A stretch of DNA of 64,000 bases from Myxococcota bacterium (lineage in GTDB: Bacteria > Myxococcota > UBA4151): positions 160,001-224,000 of the forward strand of contig JAYZBQ010000048.1 of assembly GCA_036338695.1 (NCBI GenBank), in the 5' to 3' direction. The notes under the pieces are model-generated. The model was not told the origin of the DNA, did no database searches, and worked only from the letters and a program-made list of their open reading frames with translations. The position numbers and the translations under genes are program-made. Of this stretch, positions 58,956 through 64,000 are shown one piece after another; within the stretch, counting starts at the first letter, position 1; the number at the start of each line of letters is the position of its first letter.

Positions 58956-60410
58956 ATGAAATATTCATTCGTAAGCCTGCTTGCAGGCGCCGCTTTGGTC
59001 GCCTGCGCACCGGGCCCGGACGGCGCTGACGGCGCCGCGGGCGTCCAGGGCGCGCAAGGCGCGCAGGGCGTTCAAGGAGAGCCCGGCGCGCCGGGGGCGG
59101 ACGCCCCCGCCCGTGAGGGGACCATCGTCTCGGTCACCACCGGGCCGGTCGTCGCTGGCGGCAGCGTCGAGATGCACGTCATGGGTCAATACACCGAGTG
59201 GACGGAAGCGCCGACCATCACCACCGAGTACGAGGGCCTGAGCGTCAGCACCGTGGTGACCAGCCCGGTCAGCCTGATCGTGACGATCACGGCGGCTGAA
59301 GACGTGCGCGGCGGCGAAGCGGACCTGATCATGGGTGACTTGCAGCTGCCCAAAACCGTCGAGGTGATCCCGGCGGCGCGTTTTGTCCTCGACGAGGGAC
59401 AAGAGCAACCCTTGCGCCCCGGGCAACCCTTCACAGGGACCATCGTGTTCGCTGAAGGCTTTGGCGCGATCGGCAGCACCGGCGTTCGCTTCAACGCTAC
59501 CGACGAGGACCCGGTCAAGGTCGTCCTGACCGAACAGCTCGCCTTTGAAGGGTCGTCCGATCTCGGGGTCTCCGGGATCACGGTCGAGGGCTTCGTCTCG
59601 CCCAGCGCGGCGTCCGGCGCCAGCGACTGGCGCGTGGTCACCATGGACCAAACGCAGACGATCCCCGTCTTCGATGCCATCCAAGTCGCTGACCAGCCGG
59701 CGGTCGATCTCGCCCTCGGTGGCACGCTCGACGCTAGCCTTGAGACGGGCTTTGGTCTGTTTCGCTTGGTGCGCGGTGAAGCTGGCGTGATCCCGGCCGG
59801 GACCGTGGTGCGCGTCGAGGCGCTGAGCGCGGACTTCCCGGTGACCATGGTCGCCTCGCTCCCCGCTTCTGGGGACGATCCACCGGTCGCGTGGTCGAAC
59901 ACCGACACCGTGGTCGACGTCACGACGAACACGATCGAGTTCATCGCCCCGCGCACCGCCGCCTACTTCCTGAGCATCGACCACGAAGAGGGCAGTGAAG
60001 GCGCTGAGTTCACCTTTACCGCCAGCGCCACCGAAGTTCAGATGCAGGTCGCCAACGGCGAGCCCACCGAGGTGACGCTTGAGCGCCCCGGCCACGGCGC
60101 CTGGTTTGCCCGCCAGATTACTGCTGGGCAACGCGTGACCTGGTCCGCCAGTGTACCGGACGAGAGCGACTACACACCTGCCGCATATATCCTCAGGAAC
60201 TTCACCGATGATGACGGTGTCGACGTCTTCGGTCAGACTCTGCTCATCGGTGGGCAGAGCTTGATCACGGGATGGCGTTTCACCGCCTATGGTCGCGGCG
60301 TTGCGTGGCCGGAGCAATGGGGTGAGTCGCTGTTCATCTGGCGCGTCGTGGACGCTCAGCTAGGCGGCGGCGGCGGCTACACGCTGTCCTTTACGGGGAA
60401 CGTCGAGTAA
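58956..60410 (+). CDS. Collagen-repeat surface lipoprotein, paralog of the upstream gene
   Basis: Lipobox LVA-C, 10 Gly-X-Y triplets (59013-59102), shared I-x-SV...G-x-[FY]-TEW domain. Confidence 0.85.
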   Translation: MKYSFVSLLAGAALVACAPGPDGADGAAGVQGAQGAQGVQGEPGAPGADAPAREGTIVSVTTGPVVAGGSVEMHVMGQYTEWTEAPTITTEYEGLSVSTVVTSPVSLIVTITAAEDVRGGEADLIMGDLQLPKTVEVIPAARFVLDEGQEQPLRPGQPFTGTIVFAEGFGAIGSTGVRFNATDEDPVKVVLTEQLAFEGSSDLGVSGITVEGFVSPSAASGASDWRVVTMDQTQTIPVFDAIQVADQPAVDLALGGTLDASLETGFGLFRLVRGEAGVIPAGTVVRVEALSADFPVTMVASLPASGDDPPVAWSNTDTVVDVTTNTIEFIAPRTAAYFLSIDHEEGSEGAEFTFTASATEVQMQVANGEPTEVTLERPGHGAWFARQITAGQRVTWSASVPDESDYTPAAYILRNFTDDDGVDVFGQTLLIGGQSLITGWRFTAYGRGVAWPEQWGESLFIWRVVDAQLGGGGGYTLSFTGNVE

Positions 60411-60432
60411 CGCTCAACGCCCCCTCACCGAC

Positions 60433-60472
60433 GCACAAACCGCTCGCCATTTGGCGGGCGGTTTGTGCTTTT
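60433..60472 (+). terminator. Intrinsic terminator after the collagen-lipoprotein pair
   Basis: GCACAAACCGCTCGCC / GGCGGGCGGTTTGTGC stem followed by TTTT. Confidence 0.88.
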
Positions 60473-60489
60473 GATAGCCGGTAGCGCCC

Positions 60490-60505
60490 CGGCACGAAGC
60501 GCGCT
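60490..60505 (+). promoter_or_regulatory. Possible sigma54 -24/-12 promoter
   Basis: CGGCACGAAGCGCGCT (GG-N10-GC); ATG follows about 12 nt later. Confidence 0.35.
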
Positions 60506-60516
60506 AACGTTCCGAT

Positions 60517-63186
60517 ATGATGATCCTACGCTCGCTTGCGCTCTTGTCGCTCCTTTGCTCCCTGGCCTGCACGCAGGCCGAGCCCAGCGTCGATGCGGGG
60601 TCGGTCGATGCCGGCGTCGCCGACGCCGGTCCCGAAGACGCCGGCCGTCAGACCATCGGTCCCAACCCGTGCGACTGCACCGGGCTGCAGCGCTGCGACC
60701 CAGAGTTCCTCGACTGCGTCGAGCCAGAGGTCTGCGAAGAGGACGAGGACTGCCGCGGCGCGCGGATCTGCGTGCGCGGCGGATGCTATGACTGCTGGGG
60801 TGAAGAGCTGGCTGCATGCGTCGGCGGGCAGCTGTGCAGCAACGACGGCACCTGCCAAAGCGCTGCGCAGTGCGAAGACGCCTACGACTGCATCGACGGC
60901 CTCAGCTGCGGAGAGGATCTGCGCTGCGGTCCACCGGAGCCCTGCGACGCCGACGAGCTCGAGCCCAACAACCGACCGCTCGAGGCGCGCCGTATTGGCA
61001 GCGTCCACAAAGGGCTTTGGACCTGCGGTCAGGGGGATTGGTACAAGGTCCGCCTGCGCAAACGCGCCGTGATGGTGCGGCTGCGTGCGAGCAACGGCGC
61101 GCTCGATCCAAACAACCTCCCGATGGTCACGATCTACGATGGCGCCGCTCGCCGCCCGCTGGCGGTCGGAGCGCAAGAGGGCACGCGAGTGATCGCAGCT
61201 CTGCTCGGTGAGCCCATCGGTCAGGATGTGCTGGTCCACGTGCTCTCGCCTGAGGCCTTTCGTTATGACCTCTCGATTAAGCACCTGAATGACTTTTGCC
61301 CCGTGATCGATGCTGAGCCGAACAACACCAGCAGCATGGCGCTGCCGGTCTTGCTCGGGGCCGAGACCCTCGGGAGCCTGTGCGGCGCAACAGAGGAAGA
61401 GGACGACGTCGACTTGTACCAAGTCTCGGTCGCCGAGGGGCAGCGGATCGGGTTTATGCTCGAGCAAGGGGGCGCGAACGAGGTGTATCTGAGCCTCCGT
61501 GACGCCGAAGGCGCGCTGCTTGGAGAGGAGCTGACGCTCAGCGAGCGCACCACGCGCGGTGAGCTCGGCGTAGCAGCACAAGCAGGGACAGCTTTTGTGG
61601 CGCTGCGGGGACAAGGCGCGGCTTACCGGCTCCGCATCGGCTTGTTCGGCGCAGCCGGAGATTGCCGAGACGACGCCCAAGAGCCCGACGACCAACCCGA
61701 TTTTGCGCAAGCGCTCGGCGGCGACCCGGTAGAGGGCGTTTTATGCCCGAGCAGCACCGACCATCTCGCTTTTGACGCGCAAGGCGATGACGGCCTGCAC
61801 CTGGTCGTTACCGAAGAGCAAGGTACCGGCTCGAGCTGGATCCTGCGCAGCCCAAGCGGTCAAGCGATCGGGCTGCAGCGGCGCCCGGACGGGTTGCGGC
61901 TCGATCGACAGCGCATGGGCGAGCCGGGTCGGTATCTTTTGATCGGAAGCGGCGGCGCCCAGCGGAGCACCTACCGAGTCGAGCTTGAGCTCGTCGCAGG
62001 TGGCGCCTGCACCCCCGACTTTAGAGACCCGCAAGACGACCAGCGCGCCGGGGCGACCGAGCTCTCCATGAACGCTGGCTCAAGCATCTATACAGCCTGT
62101 GCCGACGCCGACTGGTTCCGTGTGACGCTGCCGAGCGGCTCAGGCCGGGTCAGCCTCAGGCGCTTCTCGTCGACGAGCGTCCCGCTCTCGATGGAGCTCT
62201 TCGCCGCCGAATCCGACAACCCCGTCGCTTCGACACAGGTCGCTGGCAGCGAGGGCGACCGCGAGTTTTCGCTCGAGCAAGGCGGTGAGTACTACCTGCG
62301 CGTGCTCGGAGACGCGAACGTCAGCACCCGATATCAGGTCATGATCATGGGGCCTCCGCCGAGCAACGACACCTGCGCGTCACCCGAGGCGATCCGACTC
62401 CGCCGCGGCGAGCCGCAGGTGCTCATGGGGACGACCGAAGGCGCCCACCACAACGCCGAGAGCGCCTGCGGCGGCTCACGCGCCGGGGACGTTCAGTACT
62501 TTGTCCAGGTGCCCGAAGGTGGCGGCATCGTGCGCTTTGAGCTCGAGACCTTGGCGAATGAGCAAGGGCGACGATACGACCACCTGATCAGCCTGAACCG
62601 GCTCTGCGGAGAGGCGAGCGAGCTGCTCTGCGACGACGACTCTCAGAGCAATTACAACGACCGCATCGAGGCGCAGCTTGACGCGGGCATCTACACGCTC
62701 ACGGTCGATACGCTCAGCAGCTTCTCGGGCGGCTCGCCGTTTCGCCTCACCGCCAGCATCGGCGCGGTCGACGAGCGGCTCCCGCTGATCGCTCCCGGTG
62801 ATGGCTGCAGCGCCAACATTCCGACCTTACCGCTGCCCGAGAACGAGCGCGGGACGATCCGAGTCGCCTCCACGAGCGAGGGCTTATCCGACTCTGCGCG
62901 CGGGAGCTGCGGGTTCACCATCGAAGGCCGCGACGCGTTCTTCGCCTTTGAGTTAAGCGCGGCGGCGGCGGTCCGAGCGGAGGTGCCCTACGCCGGCCGC
63001 TCGACGCTCTACCTACGGGCAGCGGCCTGCACGCTCCCTGTCGACCTCGCCTGCAACCTGAGCTGGCGAGGCAACCAAACCTTAGCGCTCGGCAACCTAC
63101 CCGCTGGGCGCTATGTCCTCATTTACGACCGCATGAGCAACCTTGACGGTCCCTTCACCCTCAGCCTGACGCTTAGTGACCCGTGA
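60517..63186 (+). CDS. Cys-rich / multi-PPC-like surface lipoprotein
   Basis: Lipobox SLA-C, DAG linker, Cys-rich block, repeated EPN[N]/EPDD..DW[YF] modules, NDTC and GDGC modules, LDAGIY and LPAGRY. Confidence 0.82.
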   Translation: MMILRSLALLSLLCSLACTQAEPSVDAGSVDAGVADAGPEDAGRQTIGPNPCDCTGLQRCDPEFLDCVEPEVCEEDEDCRGARICVRGGCYDCWGEELAACVGGQLCSNDGTCQSAAQCEDAYDCIDGLSCGEDLRCGPPEPCDADELEPNNRPLEARRIGSVHKGLWTCGQGDWYKVRLRKRAVMVRLRASNGALDPNNLPMVTIYDGAARRPLAVGAQEGTRVIAALLGEPIGQDVLVHVLSPEAFRYDLSIKHLNDFCPVIDAEPNNTSSMALPVLLGAETLGSLCGATEEEDDVDLYQVSVAEGQRIGFMLEQGGANEVYLSLRDAEGALLGEELTLSERTTRGELGVAAQAGTAFVALRGQGAAYRLRIGLFGAAGDCRDDAQEPDDQPDFAQALGGDPVEGVLCPSSTDHLAFDAQGDDGLHLVVTEEQGTGSSWILRSPSGQAIGLQRRPDGLRLDRQRMGEPGRYLLIGSGGAQRSTYRVELELVAGGACTPDFRDPQDDQRAGATELSMNAGSSIYTACADADWFRVTLPSGSGRVSLRRFSSTSVPLSMELFAAESDNPVASTQVAGSEGDREFSLEQGGEYYLRVLGDANVSTRYQVMIMGPPPSNDTCASPEAIRLRRGEPQVLMGTTEGAHHNAESACGGSRAGDVQYFVQVPEGGGIVRFELETLANEQGRRYDHLISLNRLCGEASELLCDDDSQSNYNDRIEAQLDAGIYTLTVDTLSSFSGGSPFRLTASIGAVDERLPLIAPGDGCSANIPTLPLPENERGTIRVASTSEGLSDSARGSCGFTIEGRDAFFAFELSAAAAVRAEVPYAGRSTLYLRAAACTLPVDLACNLSWRGNQTLALGNLPAGRYVLIYDRMSNLDGPFTLSLTLSDP

Positions 63187-64000
63187 AACAGCCAAACCTC
63201 TACAACACCCTCACCAAATCCATTGAACCGCTCAACCCTCGCGACCCGGGTAAGGTCGGCCTCTACGTCTGCGGCGTGACGGTCTACAACCTGTGCCATA
63301 TCGGGCATGCCCGGGCTTACGTGGCCTTTGACGTGCTGGTGCGTGCGCTGCGGCATCTCGGGCACTCGGTCAAATACGTGCGCAACTTCACGGACGTCGA
63401 TGACAAGATCATCAACGCCGCCAACGCAGAGGGTGTCGAGGCGCTCGAGCTCGCCAACCGCTACATTAAGACCTTTCACGAGGACATGCGGGCGCTGGGC
63501 TGCGTCGAGGCGGACGTCGAGCCGCGGGTATCGACCCATATGGACGAGATCATCACCATGGTCGAGCAGCTGATCGAGCGCGGGCACGCATACGAGGTCG
63601 AGGGCGATGTGTACTTCGCCGTCCGCAGCTTCCCGAACTACGGTGCGCTGAGCCGTCGAGACCTCGACGATCTGCGCGCAGGCGCACGGGTCGCGCCCGG
63701 CGAGCACAAACGCGACCCGCTCGACTTTGCGCTCTGGAAAGCGAAGAAGCCCGGCGAGCCTTCGTGGACGTCGCCTTGGGGTGAGGGTCGACCGGGTTGG
63801 CATATCGAATGCTCGGCGATGTCGAGCACGCACCTCGGCTGTGACTTCGACATCCACGGCGGCGGCTCGGACCTCATCTTTCCCCACCACGAGAACGAGA
63901 TCGCGCAGAGCGAATGCGCCACGGGGGAGCGATACGTTCGGCACTGGATGCACAACGGCTTCGTGAACATCGACAACGAAAAGATGTCGAAGTCACTCGG
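63183..64000 (+). CDS. cysS: Cysteine--tRNA ligase, 3'-truncated by window edge (absent from the ORF track)
   Basis: GTG 63183: [75 protein letters not shown]. Confidence 0.98.
   Translation, partial: MKQPNLYNTLTKSIEPLNPRDPGKVGLYVCGVTVYNLCHIGHARAYVAFDVLVRALRHLGHSVKYVRNFTDVDDKIINAANAEGVEALELANRYIKTFHEDMRALGCVEADVEPRVSTHMDEIITMVEQLIERGHAYEVEGDVYFAVRSFPNYGALSRRDLDDLRAGARVAPGEHKRDPLDFALWKAKKPGEPSWTSPWGEGRPGWHIECSAMSSTHLGCDFDIHGGGSDLIFPHHENEIAQSECATGERYVRHWMHNGFVNIDNEKMSKSL

Overview
A compact, GC-rich (roughly two-thirds G+C by eye) chromosomal segment whose gene content points to a Myxococcota-type deltaproteobacterium: myxobacterial Cys-rich repeat lipoprotein, MYXO-CTERM-like tail, AglZ-like pseudo-receiver/coiled-coil, PEGA and TonB-C fusions, CdnL. 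About 52 CDS (two cut by the window edges: nagZ, cysS) and one tRNA-Pro(CGG). I saw no CRISPR array, rRNA, integrase or transposase. Housekeeping genes: rpe, rsmB, uvrA, thiD/thiE, mpl, dnaJ, crcB, carD/cdnL, ispDF, cysS, htpX. Other blocks: a DUF4175-TPR/peptidase-MoxR-DUF58-BatA operon, an ECF sigma/anti-sigma operon, a GT-C glycosyltransferase operon, a TonB-receptor operon and an orphan DNA methyltransferase. Best candidates for undescribed biology: (1) a repeat-rich lipoprotein-like peptide (RDxG heptads, PPMP motifs) translationally coupled to a JmjC oxygenase; (2) an RNase Y that has lost its KH GxxG loop, coupled to a 1371-aa AglZ-like coiled-coil; (3) a small putative ssDNA-binding protein plus ComEA behind a sigma54-like promoter, in the position divergent from uvrA that ssb often occupies; (4) two paralogous collagen-stalk lipoproteins, one with a codon-usage-shifted C-terminal part; (5) a DHH-like protein with permuted motif order. 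All product calls rest on motif recognition by eye; no database searches were run.
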